Of a stretch of DNA of 64,000 nt, positions 14,091 through 24,292 are shown in pieces. The notes under the pieces are model-generated. The model worked only from the letters and a program-made list of their open reading frames with translations. It made no database searches and was not told where the DNA came from. The translations under genes were made by a program, and so were the position numbers. The number at the start of each line of letters is the position of its first letter. Position 1 is the first letter of the stretch. The stretch lies in IMG/VR virus record IMGVR_UViG_3300043539_001773; one strand, given 5' to 3'. Source of the DNA: a virus.

Positions 14091-14864
14091 TTAAACGATT
14101 GTAGGCGGTGAATATATTCTTTCAATAAAATTCTTATAATCTTCGACTCTATCTCCAAAAGCATTTGTTGATATTCTTAATCTCTCGTTTTGTTGAGCTT
14201 GATATCCATCTGGGTATCTAAGGTCATCACGAGCCGTATCTAATTGTACCAGAGGCTGTAGCCCTCTAGCCATATACGTATAAGTTTGCTCAGTAATTAA
14301 GTCGTCTATTGACATAGTACCACCCTCATCCACAAGGGTAACACCAAATATTTTCATTTTTGCTGCCAAGCCGTATTCGTTAAAGAAGGTAAATACAATA
14401 TCAAATGGTGGCAACATGTCTGCCAATGGTGCAAAGTAGCCCTTGCTATCGGAAAGAATTTTTCTATAACTTTCTATTCTATAAAATGCGTACTCGTTAA
14501 ACTGAGTGAATATCATGCTTCCAGCTATAGTTCTAGCACCTTTGACAAACCCTCTTGGGTTAACATGGCCAAGTGTTCTTACTGGAGAGTTTTCCCTGTG
14601 CATTGAATAGGATATTGTTTGAAGCTCTGCCATTTCTAGCACATCGCCTTCATTGGAAATGAATCCATTTTCTCCAATTTTAGGAATAATGATTGTAGCT
14701 GTTATATCTGCACCAGAAAATGACATATCAGAAAATGGATCTGGAAGATTATTATCTCTTCTAAATTCTTTTACACCCTCTTCATAGATGGAGAGTCTAT
14801 TTTTTCTTGATGATATAGTTGTGAGATTCGCTATATCTGATACATTTTCTTTGTTAAATGCCAT
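14091..14864 (-). CDS. Tail tube-like protein paralogue 2
   Basis: FSGADI...PRGFVKGARTIAGSMIFT...LPPFDI...EQTYTYMAR; clear paralogue of 14952-15641. Confidence 0.65.
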   Translation of the reverse strand: MAFNKENVSDIANLTTISSRKNRLSIYEEGVKEFRRDNNLPDPFSDMSFSGADITATIIIPKIGENGFISNEGDVLEMAELQTISYSMHRENSPVRTLGHVNPRGFVKGARTIAGSMIFTQFNEYAFYRIESYRKILSDSKGYFAPLADMLPPFDIVFTFFNEYGLAAKMKIFGVTLVDEGGTMSIDDLITEQTYTYMARGLQPLVQLDTARDDLRYPDGYQAQQNERLRISTNAFGDRVEDYKNFIERIYSPPTIV

Positions 14865-14874
14865 GTTATTCCTT

Positions 14875-14921
14875 AAAAATAAAATAGTGGAGGATTGGTC
14901 CTACACCAAGTCCTCCACTAT
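14875..14921 (-). terminator. Rho-independent terminator after the tail tube gene
   Basis: Minus strand ATAGTGGAGGA-CTTGG-TGTAGGA-CCAA-TCCTCCACTAT followed by TTTATTTTT. Confidence 0.75.
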
Positions 14922-14951
14922 CTAATTACTACTATACTTATTTGATTATAA

Positions 14952-15641
14952 TTATGGTCTAATTATCTCGCTGTTTAATCCGCTAGATGTCACTGCATCT
15001 TTGCTGATTAATGAACCTAGGTCATCTGAGTTGAATCTGTTAAGATTATCCGTTGTAATCTTATACATTGGACCAATTTCACGAGCAACGTATGTCATTG
15101 TCTCTTCGATAACAATGTCATCCATCGAAGCTCCTGAACCTTCATTCAACAGTTCAACACCATAGATTGATCTAACAGCAGCTTGGCCATATTCGTTAAC
15201 AAATGTGATTGTAATATCGAATGGTGGGATTTGGTCTGCATAGTATGGTGTCTTGCTAACTACGTCTCTTGTTTGATTTGTTACTTCAGCAATACCTCTC
15301 TTGTGGCTTGGATCGCCAGGAAGTGTATTATGAGCTCTTGTGAAAAACTTCATTTCCGAAGAAGAGTTATGATGTGTCTCAAGCATCTGGTACAGAGCTG
15401 GGCGGTCAAATACTGTGAATATTAACGAACCAGCAATACCTCTTTTACCTCTTGAAAATGAACGTGGGTTTGGTGAACCCATTGTATAAATTGGCGCCTT
15501 TTCTCTTGTCACCGAAAAAGTGATTCCCGAAAGAGCTCCGATTTCAACGCCACCAAAAGTGGCAACAATATCAGCACCAGAAAATGTTGTATAAGTATTG
15601 AGATACTTGTTTACTGGACTGTCGTAGTATTCGCCTGCCAT
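14952..15641 (-). CDS. Major tail tube protein
   Basis: Immediately downstream of the sheath gene, SD GGAGG, TFSGADIVATF...RGIAGSLIFTVFDR, followed by a terminator. Confidence 0.75.
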   Translation of the reverse strand: MAGEYYDSPVNKYLNTYTTFSGADIVATFGGVEIGALSGITFSVTREKAPIYTMGSPNPRSFSRGKRGIAGSLIFTVFDRPALYQMLETHHNSSSEMKFFTRAHNTLPGDPSHKRGIAEVTNQTRDVVSKTPYYADQIPPFDITITFVNEYGQAAVRSIYGVELLNEGSGASMDDIVIEETMTYVAREIGPMYKITTDNLNRFNSDDLGSLISKDAVTSSGLNSEIIRP

Positions 15642-15688
15642 ATTACCCTCCTAATCGGTATATAAATTTGCAGTGTTTTTATATGATA

Positions 15689-16954
15689 TTAACCAAGTTC
15701 AACTGACATTTGGACTTCGATGTTTCTAAGTTCAAATGCAGGTGTTATAACTAGGTCAATAAGTGCTTTGTTTTCTTCAGCGATGTATCTAATGTTGAAA
15801 TCGCTATCTAAGATGGCACCCAACTGCTGCATTCCTCTAAGGGATGAAGTAATCGAGGTTTCCATTGAGTTTCTAACTTGAATAGTTGAAGGTTGACCAA
15901 TGAACTTCTGACAGCTCTGACGGACAACTAACATTGCTTCGTTAACAATTCTCAGTGTTGTCAGTCTTGTGTAGTCTGAACTAGAACCAGCAAATGTTAC
16001 ACCATCTGTGAAGACTGGAGCTCTATTGAAGTTTAACATGATTGAGTTTACACCCTTATTGGTCATTGCCAACAAGGTTGTTTTGCTAGGATTATATCTT
16101 AGCGCTGCAACGTTGTAAACTGTCTTGTTTATAGTCGAAGTGTATGAAGCCATTCTGCTAACTGCAGCAGTTAATACTGATGCACCATTTGAATAACCCC
16201 ATGCCGCTGGATAACCTGCAGGCTTTAACTCTACACCAATTACTGCAACGTGTCTTCCAAGTTCCTTAGCAGCAACTCCATTATATGTTGTTGCTGAATC
16301 TCTGTCTGAAAGAGTTGTTAAGCCGAGGTGTGTTGTTACTTGTCCAGGAGTCATTACGTCGTTAGCGCCGACATATGGCTTTGTTCCCATAACAGCGAAA
16401 CATGGATGACTGTTCTCATTGATTTCTTTAACTTTATCAGCAATTTTTACTGCCCAGTTATTTCCAATTGTTACTGAGTTGTCTGCATGAAATCCGTAAA
16501 TTGTATCGGCAGATGCAGAAAATGCTTCAGAAGGAGTTGCGGCCCAGAGTCCTGCTCTTGCACCACTTCCCCAAGGAAGTATAATATCTGGTTGAGCGGC
16601 TTCTGCTGCAATGAACATTGCATCAAGGATGCTCCCACCAAAAGCACTACTTGTTACCGCAGCTGTACTGTGGTTCCATGTAGTATCACTTGGCAATGGG
16701 ACCATATAGATTCTTTCTGCGCCTGCAGAAACAAGTTCAAAAAAAGCTCTGTGACAAGCTGAATCAATACCGAAAGCAGTTATGACATCTTGTTCATTTG
16801 TGCACTGAACTACGTCAAGGTCTGCAACGTTGCCTGTTCCATCTGCTGTTGATCTTTTTGCTAATACCACAACTCTAGGTCCGACTGGACTATCTTGACG
16901 GGAGATGCTGTAGAAGCGGTCTTTAATTATTGTTTTTACACCTGGTAGAGCCAT
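15689..16954 (-). CDS. Tail sheath protein
   Basis: N-terminal MALPGVKTII; C-terminal sheath-type YTRLTTLRIVNEAM...FIGQP...IDLVITPAFELRNIEV; SD GGAGG. Confidence 0.85.
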   Translation of the reverse strand: MALPGVKTIIKDRFYSISRQDSPVGPRVVVLAKRSTADGTGNVADLDVVQCTNEQDVITAFGIDSACHRAFFELVSAGAERIYMVPLPSDTTWNHSTAAVTSSAFGGSILDAMFIAAEAAQPDIILPWGSGARAGLWAATPSEAFSASADTIYGFHADNSVTIGNNWAVKIADKVKEINENSHPCFAVMGTKPYVGANDVMTPGQVTTHLGLTTLSDRDSATTYNGVAAKELGRHVAVIGVELKPAGYPAAWGYSNGASVLTAAVSRMASYTSTINKTVYNVAALRYNPSKTTLLAMTNKGVNSIMLNFNRAPVFTDGVTFAGSSSDYTRLTTLRIVNEAMLVVRQSCQKFIGQPSTIQVRNSMETSITSSLRGMQQLGAILDSDFNIRYIAEENKALIDLVITPAFELRNIEVQMSVELG

Positions 16955-17000
16955 GTTATTCTTAACCTCCGAGTCAGGGATTTAATGGATTAACTCGAAA

Positions 17001-17014
17001 GATATAGTAATGGG
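17001..17014 (-). promoter_or_regulatory. Putative phage late promoter motif (CCCATTACTATATC)
   Basis: The same 14-mer lies upstream of 35995. The core TTACTAT recurs upstream of many virion genes. Confidence 0.55.
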
Positions 17015-17056
17015 GTACCTGTAAAAACTAACTAGATTTACGTATTCTACTAAATA

Positions 17057-17869
17057 TTATGAGTTCGGGGTAGCACTTTGGAATAAGTCTACAATACCTA
17101 TGTTCATATCTGGATTGTAATACGAAGAAGGAGTCGCAGCTGCCTGCTCTATTAGATCCTTTTCATAGGAAACCCATTGGCGTATATCGGCCACAATTGA
17201 CTCAATCTTATCAACTGCTGATACATGTATTTTTTCAGTTGTTAACAAATATGTAACTGTTCTTTTAACTACATCAGTTTGGTCCATGTTTGTTTCGGTA
17301 TCCGAAACCCTTCTGGCATATACGAGTTCCGATGCCCCTAGTCTCTTAAAAACTGGAGTGTATTCCAACATAAAATCTTCAAATATTTCCATAACTCTAT
17401 CAGCTACTTCTGCCCCAGCATATCGTTGTTGATCGCCTGACAACTGGCCAGCATTGGCTTCAACCATAACGGTAAAAGAGACAACGTTCTGAAAACGCTG
17501 ACCTTCTATAATGTAATATTTACCATCTTCACCTAAAGCCTTATCCCTGTATCGCATTTTGGGTTCTTGATTATGAGCTCTCTTTAATTCAAGGCCATAG
17601 GCTACACAAGGGTAAGATGCAAACTTACCTCCAAATGTTGCAACAATTGGAATGTCTGGATATGAGTTTTCCCAAAGCATTTTGACAACTTCGATAAATC
17701 CAAGATAGGTTAAATTTCCTTCGGCTTTTGATCTCCTTGAATCAGTATCATTATAATACTTAGGATCTTGCTCTCGAAGCCTATCTCTACTTTCCGTATA
17801 TTGCTCCCACTTATTGCCTGGTGCTTGGTCAGCATTAAAGCTACCTGGAAATGGGAATGAAGACTGCAT
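17057..17869 (-). CDS. Putative neck / tail-terminator protein
   Basis: 270-aa ORF directly upstream of the sheath gene; function inferred from synteny only. Confidence 0.45.
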   Translation of the reverse strand: MQSSFPFPGSFNADQAPGNKWEQYTESRDRLREQDPKYYNDTDSRRSKAEGNLTYLGFIEVVKMLWENSYPDIPIVATFGGKFASYPCVAYGLELKRAHNQEPKMRYRDKALGEDGKYYIIEGQRFQNVVSFTVMVEANAGQLSGDQQRYAGAEVADRVMEIFEDFMLEYTPVFKRLGASELVYARRVSDTETNMDQTDVVKRTVTYLLTTEKIHVSAVDKIESIVADIRQWVSYEKDLIEQAAATPSSYYNPDMNIGIVDLFQSATPNS

Positions 17870-17870
17870 A

Positions 17871-19946
17871 CTACGCTCCTGGTCCTGTAATTATGGAAAA
17901 ATTAATACTTTTTAAACCAAGAGAAGAAACTAAATTTATTTCAAAAATTAAAGTTCCTCTTTCTGTTTTAGATCCATATGATTGAAGTTTATAATCCTTA
18001 ATAGTTCTAGTAGATACTAGCGTATCAAGCATTGATTTGACTTGTGAGATTACTTTATCTTCCGCGTTCTTTCCTATGCCATCATTTGCTATAGCTTTTA
18101 TTTCAGTTATAACCATGGCTACTAATCTCATTTGTGGAGCTTTTGTAAAAGAGCTATTTTTATTAGCCAATGTATAATCATTTGATATGTTTACTTCGTA
18201 TGGATTACCCCTTAACGCTTTGCGTGTTCTATACACAACGTTTACACCAAGGTTATCTAACCTTGCCAATGAGTCTGCGGATAAATTAGAACCGTAAACA
18301 GAATATGCTCCTGGTATTCTTTTTCTAATTATTCCATTATAGACTGGAGTTGATGACATCATTCCGGCAAATGCTGCTGCTGCTGAACTCGTATATGATC
18401 TTCCAAAACCTATATGATTAAAAGTTAGCTCTCCATATACGGGAATAATATATCTACCTATATCACTTTCTATTTCTCCGCTTATTGAGTAAGTGGTAAA
18501 TTTATTTACAAGTCTAGTATTTTGTTCTAGAAGTTGAACATCACTGTCTTTTGTTCCATTATTTTTAGAACCAATAATTCCCATTTGAACATATCCAGTA
18601 GCATTATTGAAAGAATAACAATGAACAGCTAGTTGAGCTATAAAGTCAACAGACCCAGTATTTATCATCGAAGTTTCGAGTGGCACTATTATGTCAATGA
18701 AGTCAAGCCCTTTTGCTATATCATAACTTACTGCTAGTCTTTCATAATATTTTTCATAAAAGTTTACATTAGAATTTGTTTCCGCTGAAAAAAGTATTGG
18801 CATGTCGGTAAGTCTTTGAGAAATATCTTCGATGTATTCTGACATTGGCGCAGAAGCCATCATGAATATAGACTTTGCTCCGCAGCTAAATGCATCATGA
18901 ATTCCTCTTAGAAGAGGAGAAGAAGTATTTGCACCCAATAGGTTGGTAGCTTCTTGAATTGAATTAATTTTTATAATTTGATTTAATTCAATTCCATCGC
19001 TATGACCTATAAATAATATTGAATTGGTATTATAATATTCTTCTAGTGAATCAAAAATTGGTCTCTTCGAAATGCTTGCACCAGTTGTTGGTCCTGTTAA
19101 ATCTTTAGATACTCCAGTTGTATTGATGACAGAATATTTTCCTGTTGTAAGTTGTTCTCCATTAGATAATGGAATATTTGTTTTAATAGAAAATTTATTA
19201 CTTGCCGGAACCGAAGAAATAAAATGGTTTCCATTAAACGCTGCACTTATTTCCAATATCGAAACTTGATCACCAGATGATAAGTTGTGATCAATATCAG
19301 TTGATAAAGTTATCACTCCATTTTCTATTTTTTTATATACTATATTTCCGACTCTACCAATTTGACTTCTAGATACTTCAAAGTGATGTTCAATTACCTG
19401 AGTTCTATCGTTGTATGCACATTGAATGGAGACGGTATAAGTCCCGCCAAAAAGCGTATCTGGAATTTTATAATAAAAACCATACTCAGAGTCTGATGGT
19501 CTATTATAATAAGAATTTGTTTTAAGAGCTAATCTTGCATACGCTTTTGCGGCGTTATAGCTTGATAAACTTGGTAAGGTAGTAGCAGCTGTCCTTGCTA
19601 TTACTGATTTTGTAGTTGGTGCAGATGTGATTATATACTCTGCGTTATATCCACCGCCAACACCATAGATGATTACAGTATCTCCAGCAGCTAACTTGTG
19701 ATCTACATCAAACGTAAATGTTGCCGAAACATGACCACTCGTTATTGAAGTTGGTGGTGTTATTGATATAATTCGATAACTTGTATTAATCAATGAAGTA
19801 GAAGAATGAATTATATTGCCATCACCTCTTGAAACTGTTGCATATATATCTACAGGAGTAGCTTGATCTAAAGGGTCGTAGAACTCACCGTTTACCAAAA
19901 AGGCAAATCTAAACTTTACCAACTGACCATTGTGTACTCTTAACAT
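17871..19946 (-). CDS. Tail sheath paralogue with N-terminal beta-rich repeat domains
   Basis: The C-terminal half resembles the sheath (APQMRLVAMVITEIK...IKDYKL...IFEINLVSSLGLKSI). The N-terminus has two HxL..GD.V.I...NG repeats. Confidence 0.6.
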   Translation of the reverse strand: MLRVHNGQLVKFRFAFLVNGEFYDPLDQATPVDIYATVSRGDGNIIHSSTSLINTSYRIISITPPTSITSGHVSATFTFDVDHKLAAGDTVIIYGVGGGYNAEYIITSAPTTKSVIARTAATTLPSLSSYNAAKAYARLALKTNSYYNRPSDSEYGFYYKIPDTLFGGTYTVSIQCAYNDRTQVIEHHFEVSRSQIGRVGNIVYKKIENGVITLSTDIDHNLSSGDQVSILEISAAFNGNHFISSVPASNKFSIKTNIPLSNGEQLTTGKYSVINTTGVSKDLTGPTTGASISKRPIFDSLEEYYNTNSILFIGHSDGIELNQIIKINSIQEATNLLGANTSSPLLRGIHDAFSCGAKSIFMMASAPMSEYIEDISQRLTDMPILFSAETNSNVNFYEKYYERLAVSYDIAKGLDFIDIIVPLETSMINTGSVDFIAQLAVHCYSFNNATGYVQMGIIGSKNNGTKDSDVQLLEQNTRLVNKFTTYSISGEIESDIGRYIIPVYGELTFNHIGFGRSYTSSAAAAFAGMMSSTPVYNGIIRKRIPGAYSVYGSNLSADSLARLDNLGVNVVYRTRKALRGNPYEVNISNDYTLANKNSSFTKAPQMRLVAMVITEIKAIANDGIGKNAEDKVISQVKSMLDTLVSTRTIKDYKLQSYGSKTERGTLIFEINLVSSLGLKSINFSIITGPGA

Positions 19947-20319
19947 TTAATTTTTACTTTCTCTAGTCGCACCTGCAACCCAGTAAACTACTTTTCCGCC
20001 TCTACCTCTTACTGGAGCAGAAAAGTCTACTAAAAAAATTTGCTGACCACTTGAATAGTCTTCATATATTCTATCACCAGATTTAATATTTGCTGTATCT
20101 TGAAAATAATATATCACTTCAGAGCTAACGGTTAAGCCTTGTATGTTTTCTTCTAGTATATTAGCAAATCCGTTGAGCTCCCGGATATACAGCTCTTACG
20201 GTATACCTTTGCATCTTTTTGCTATAGGTCATAGTTTTCTGATCTAATACTTTTTGAACTAATACATTGTGACCCCAACTGCGCAGTATATTACTTAATG
20301 TGCGTTTTGGATCAATCAT
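19947..20319 (-). CDS. Putative head-closure protein (~123 aa), missed by the ORF track; +1 shift at CGG 20170-20172
   Basis: MIDPKRTLSNILRSWGHNVLVQK...YPGAQ-(C)GGA-FANILEE...IKSGDRIYE...RGRGGKVVYWVAGATRESKN*. It exactly fills the gap, and its stop abuts the next ATG. Confidence 0.7.
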
Positions 20320-21202
20320 ACTTCCTTATTCCTCTTTCTGGAATTGGATTCTGATCTGGCGACTGGATATGAGTTGGTCCATATAAATCTCTTGGAGTGT
20401 AGTAAACTGACAATCCGGTATATGGATCCATAGTTCTTCCGGCTCCAATTGTTGGAAGACTTGGTAAACCTTTTGGTTGAACTGCTTTCATTCCAACTTT
20501 TGATGTTAACATTTCTTTTCTAAGCATTGCTGCAATTTGACACCAAGTGGTAGCGTTAGCTCTACTTAAAGTGTTTCTAGGTAAATTTTTGTTAGTTATC
20601 GAAAGATCGCCAAGCCTTACCGAAAGCTCATCATCTCCGCCATTTCCATAAACTCTTGTCAGCTCACAACAGGTGGCTGCTCTTACATATTCAAATGCTG
20701 TAAATGGAATATTTGTTCCATCTTCAGTTTCTAATAATTTAAATATATTCTTTATTTCTATAGAATAGTTATGTACAAATTCACCTATTTCCAAAAGGGA
20801 AGCGTCAGGGAAATACGGGAGGAGTTGCTCCGGATCAAGATACAATGGCTCTATATCCGCTGCAAAAGCTATTATTTCATCTTCTCTTAAGAAGACTGTT
20901 GGCCTATAATCTTCCGTTGGAGTACTGACATATATCTGTTGATTAACGCTAATCGTAGTATTGTTTGCTAGAATACCATTAAAAGAAACTCTATACGTAC
21001 CAGCTGTTGATGGAGTGTAGTCATAATAGAATTCAGAGCCGCTAAGCGACGCAGGGGTAACCGATATTATTAGCACATTACTTGAATTTGTTATACTCAT
21101 GGAAACCGATATAGGAGAAACTTCTACCTGATTACCATTAATATCTACGTCAATAAATTTAACCTTTAGACGCACAGTATCATTGACTAGTATATTTGCC
21201 AT
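20312..21202 (-). CDS. Virion protein with N-terminal Ig-like domain; possible head-tail adaptor
   Basis: FYYDYTPSTAGTYRVSF Ig-like segment; C-terminal LSVRLGDLSIT; position in the neck region. Confidence 0.5.
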   Translation of the reverse strand: MANILVNDTVRLKVKFIDVDINGNQVEVSPISVSMSITNSSNVLIISVTPASLSGSEFYYDYTPSTAGTYRVSFNGILANNTTISVNQQIYVSTPTEDYRPTVFLREDEIIAFAADIEPLYLDPEQLLPYFPDASLLEIGEFVHNYSIEIKNIFKLLETEDGTNIPFTAFEYVRAATCCELTRVYGNGGDDELSVRLGDLSITNKNLPRNTLSRANATTWCQIAAMLRKEMLTSKVGMKAVQPKGLPSLPTIGAGRTMDPYTGLSVYYTPRDLYGPTHIQSPDQNPIPERGIRKYD

Positions 21203-21261
21203 TTTTCCCTCTTTAAAAAGTAGATATTTATATAGTAGTACTTTAAATTGTGTTGGTGAGG

Positions 21262-21636
21262 TTATTCACTCTGATTCTGAACACTAACAAGTGTGCTAGA
21301 GTTTATACTTGTTTCAGTTGTCTGGATAATCCCGGCGCCTTCTTTTTCAGAGATTTCTATTGTAATAAGTGTGCCAGAATGTATGGTTATTTCACTAGCT
21401 TGAATAAGCGCAGCGCCTTCCTTCTGAAGAGCCTGTATCGTGATTACACCGCTTGGAGCTAAATCTATGCTGACAACGCCTATTGCGGTGGCTACCGAAT
21501 AGTCTTCTTTTCCACCAAAGTTAACTTTGATATCATTTAAAATAACAGGATTTGATATTCCTTCTATTATTAATACAACAGTTCCATTATATTGAATACC
21601 AGACTGGTTATAGTCAATAAGGTCATTGTAAAGCAT
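21262..21636 (-). CDS. Hypothetical virion protein
   Basis: 124-aa beta-rich ORF preceded by the TTACTATA motif. Confidence 0.55.
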   Translation of the reverse strand: MLYNDLIDYNQSGIQYNGTVVLIIEGISNPVILNDIKVNFGGKEDYSVATAIGVVSIDLAPSGVITIQALQKEGAALIQASEITIHSGTLITIEISEKEGAGIIQTTETSINSSTLVSVQNQSE

Positions 21637-21691
21637 AAAGGTCCTTCAAAAGATTTTAACTATATAGTAATGATATAAGATTAAATTATTA

Positions 21692-22480
21692 TTAGAATTC
21701 TAAACCAGCATCCTTGCGCAGGTTTGGCATCCATATTCTTGAGTCTCCCTCAAAGTGATGCTCAGGAGTACCGTAAAGAAACGAGCCAAGGTATGCTATT
21801 CTAAGGCCATTGGTTACTGGAGCAACCTCGTGAGTACCTATGAAGTTGGTTGGATAGATAACCGCAGAACCAGCCTTTGGCTTGTGCGTGTGCTTAGCGT
21901 GCCTGTGGGTTATCTCTCCACCTAAGAAATTGTATTCATTAAGATCTTCAACATTATCTACTGAATCATTTAAATAAATGTTTACACTTACCTTACTATG
22001 CTTTGGATATTCACTAGCAGGAGCTTTGCCAAATTCGTGAGGTATCTGATCATCGCAGTGAGGGCCTATATTTTGACCTTTTTCGTAAGTGGCTATATGT
22101 CCCATACCTCTCCACCAGCACACTGTAGAGGCATCAGGGTAGTACTTGCAATACTCGACCAAGATTCTATACATCAAATCTTCTAGATCTGCTATAAACT
22201 GCTCCTGCTGTGGTGTAACGTCTCTATTTGGACTCCATTTTAATAATGGATCTATGAACCTACTAGGTGCCAACATTACGCCATCAGGATCAAATTTAAA
22301 ACCAGTTCTGTTTATAGCGTATCGTTTACCATCTTCTTCAATATAAGTAAAGGTTTCTTCTTCGACCTCTCTTAAATAGTTAATATAATCAAAAAGGAAT
22401 TTTTGGTCTACATCAATACAGTCTTTTACCACACATAGTCCGCTACCAATATCGGTCATATTTATTCTTGTATCTATCAC
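21692..22480 (-). CDS. 2OG-Fe(II) oxygenase, prolyl-4-hydroxylase-like
   Basis: HCD...IYLND...GGEI...HEVAPVTNGLR (HxD...H...R). Confidence 0.9.
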   Translation of the reverse strand: MIDTRINMTDIGSGLCVVKDCIDVDQKFLFDYINYLREVEEETFTYIEEDGKRYAINRTGFKFDPDGVMLAPSRFIDPLLKWSPNRDVTPQQEQFIADLEDLMYRILVEYCKYYPDASTVCWWRGMGHIATYEKGQNIGPHCDDQIPHEFGKAPASEYPKHSKVSVNIYLNDSVDNVEDLNEYNFLGGEITHRHAKHTHKPKAGSAVIYPTNFIGTHEVAPVTNGLRIAYLGSFLYGTPEHHFEGDSRIWMPNLRKDAGLEF

Positions 22481-22481
22481 A

Positions 22482-23381
22482 TCAACTACCGTAACTCGAA
22501 ACAGTTATTCTATATTGTTCTGAAAATTTATCGAATCCTCTGTTTAGTAAATGATTTTGATAATCTTTTACAAATGTTGGCATGTACACGTTAGTTGAGA
22601 ATTGTGCCACTTCTGGATTCTTTAGTGGATCTTCTACGCTCTCTTTAACTTCTATATTTGGAGTTCCTTGACTATACCATCCTAAATAAGAAAATCTTAA
22701 ACCTTTTTCTACAACTTTTACTTCATGACCAGCTGTATAGGATGCTGGGAAAAATATAATATCTCCCCTTTTTGGTTTGTGTGTTATGTTTAAGTAGTTA
22801 AAGTAGTGGTCACCACCCATGAAATTTTTTCCATTCAATTCATCTTCACTCTCAACGGAGTCATTAAAGTAAATTAAAGCAGTCACAGTACTGCGCATTG
22901 CTAATTGGTCATTGGGAGTCCAAACATCATATATATAATCAGTACTGATGTCCGAATGAGGACCCAGATATGCTCCTTCTTTATAAGAAACAATATGGCC
23001 TTTTACCTTCCACCATATGCATTTGAACGCAAGTGGATAGGCTTCTAAGTATTTAAACAAATAGTTATCTCTAGCGGATTCTAAACCATTTAAAAATTCT
23101 ATTACTTCTTTTCTTGGATCTTGATGTGCTGCTGATCCTCTGCCTGGCATCCCGTCAATACTGTCTTTGCCAAAAAAGTATCCGCTTCTATTTACATATA
23201 TCTCTTCCCCAGTCTCTGGGTCAATTCCAGGAGTATACATGGCTGCTTTTTCTCTAGCTACAATTTCACTACAAAGGTCAAAAGAATAGTCTGCATCGAA
23301 CTCTATGGCAGACCTAAATATAACTACTCCGCCCCCAAGATTTTCTCCCTCTACATCTTTATTCAAAACAAAATTATTCAT
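22482..23381 (-). CDS. 2OG-Fe(II) oxygenase, prolyl-4-hydroxylase-like
   Basis: HSD...IYFND...GGD...HEVKVVEKGLR; start taken at MNNFVL. Confidence 0.9.
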   Translation of the reverse strand: MNNFVLNKDVEGENLGGGVVIFRSAIEFDADYSFDLCSEIVAREKAAMYTPGIDPETGEEIYVNRSGYFFGKDSIDGMPGRGSAAHQDPRKEVIEFLNGLESARDNYLFKYLEAYPLAFKCIWWKVKGHIVSYKEGAYLGPHSDISTDYIYDVWTPNDQLAMRSTVTALIYFNDSVESEDELNGKNFMGGDHYFNYLNITHKPKRGDIIFFPASYTAGHEVKVVEKGLRFSYLGWYSQGTPNIEVKESVEDPLKNPEVAQFSTNVYMPTFVKDYQNHLLNRGFDKFSEQYRITVSSYGS

Positions 23382-24291
23382 CGCGCATCTCCTTAACAGT
23401 GTTAGCACTATTGTACACTCTATGTGTTGCTCGTAGCAACTCGTTAATCTTTTTTGGGTCTACGTCTTTATAATTTTCATTAACAAAATCTACATAGTCT
23501 TTAACTATATTTGGCATCCATATTTGACCTTGAGAACCAACTGGAATTTCACCATGAGTTATATTGATCCCTCTTTCTAGATGAGGTGAACCTTGAGAAA
23601 AATAACCTATGTAAGCATATCTGTTTCCATCCGTGCACGGATACACTTCATGTGAACCTAGGTAGTTGGATGGAAACATTAACATGTCTCCAGTTTTTGG
23701 TTTATATTTTATATTTGCGTAAGGAAATTCTATTTCCCCACCTAGGTATTCATAATTTTTGATATCATCTATTGTTTCAACTGAATCATTCAGATAGATA
23801 ATCATACCCAAAACACTTCTAGTTGCTACTTGAAGATCTGGTTCAAAGCCAGGTTGATAGTTCACATCATTATCACTATGTAGACCCATTGCGCTCTCTG
23901 GCCCGTAAGCTAATATATGACCTTGTGTTCTCCACCATAAGCTTGTCAATATCATTGGAAAGACTGTTGTATAACTTAATCCGCCTTGATAAAAAGATCT
24001 TTCGCAGCCCTCAAAAAAATCAATAATTTCTTTACTGGTATTCTCATCTACAAAGTTCATAATATGACTTGAACTTTTATATATATCTTCTATAGTATAT
24101 CTATGCCCACTTCTATTTATTGCATAGATCGGCTTATTGCTATCGTCGTAAACTATTGTATAGTCTTCTTTTATTGCTTTTTCTTTTAGAGATGCAATAT
24201 ATGGAAGAATAATATCTTGATCCACATTAACAGCGTTCCTAAAAAGAACTATACCAGAACCAAGATGTTCTGGCATTAACATTGCATTCAC
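23374..24291 (-). CDS. 2OG-Fe(II) oxygenase, prolyl-4-hydroxylase-like
   Basis: HSD...IYLND...GGEIEF...HEVYPCTDGNR. Confidence 0.9.
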   Translation of the reverse strand: MNAMLMPEHLGSGIVLFRNAVNVDQDIILPYIASLKEKAIKEDYTIVYDDSNKPIYAINRSGHRYTIEDIYKSSSHIMNFVDENTSKEIIDFFEGCERSFYQGGLSYTTVFPMILTSLWWRTQGHILAYGPESAMGLHSDNDVNYQPGFEPDLQVATRSVLGMIIYLNDSVETIDDIKNYEYLGGEIEFPYANIKYKPKTGDMLMFPSNYLGSHEVYPCTDGNRYAYIGYFSQGSPHLERGINITHGEIPVGSQGQIWMPNIVKDYVDFVNENYKDVDPKKINELLRATHRVYNSANTVKEMRDE

Positions 24292-24292
24292 C

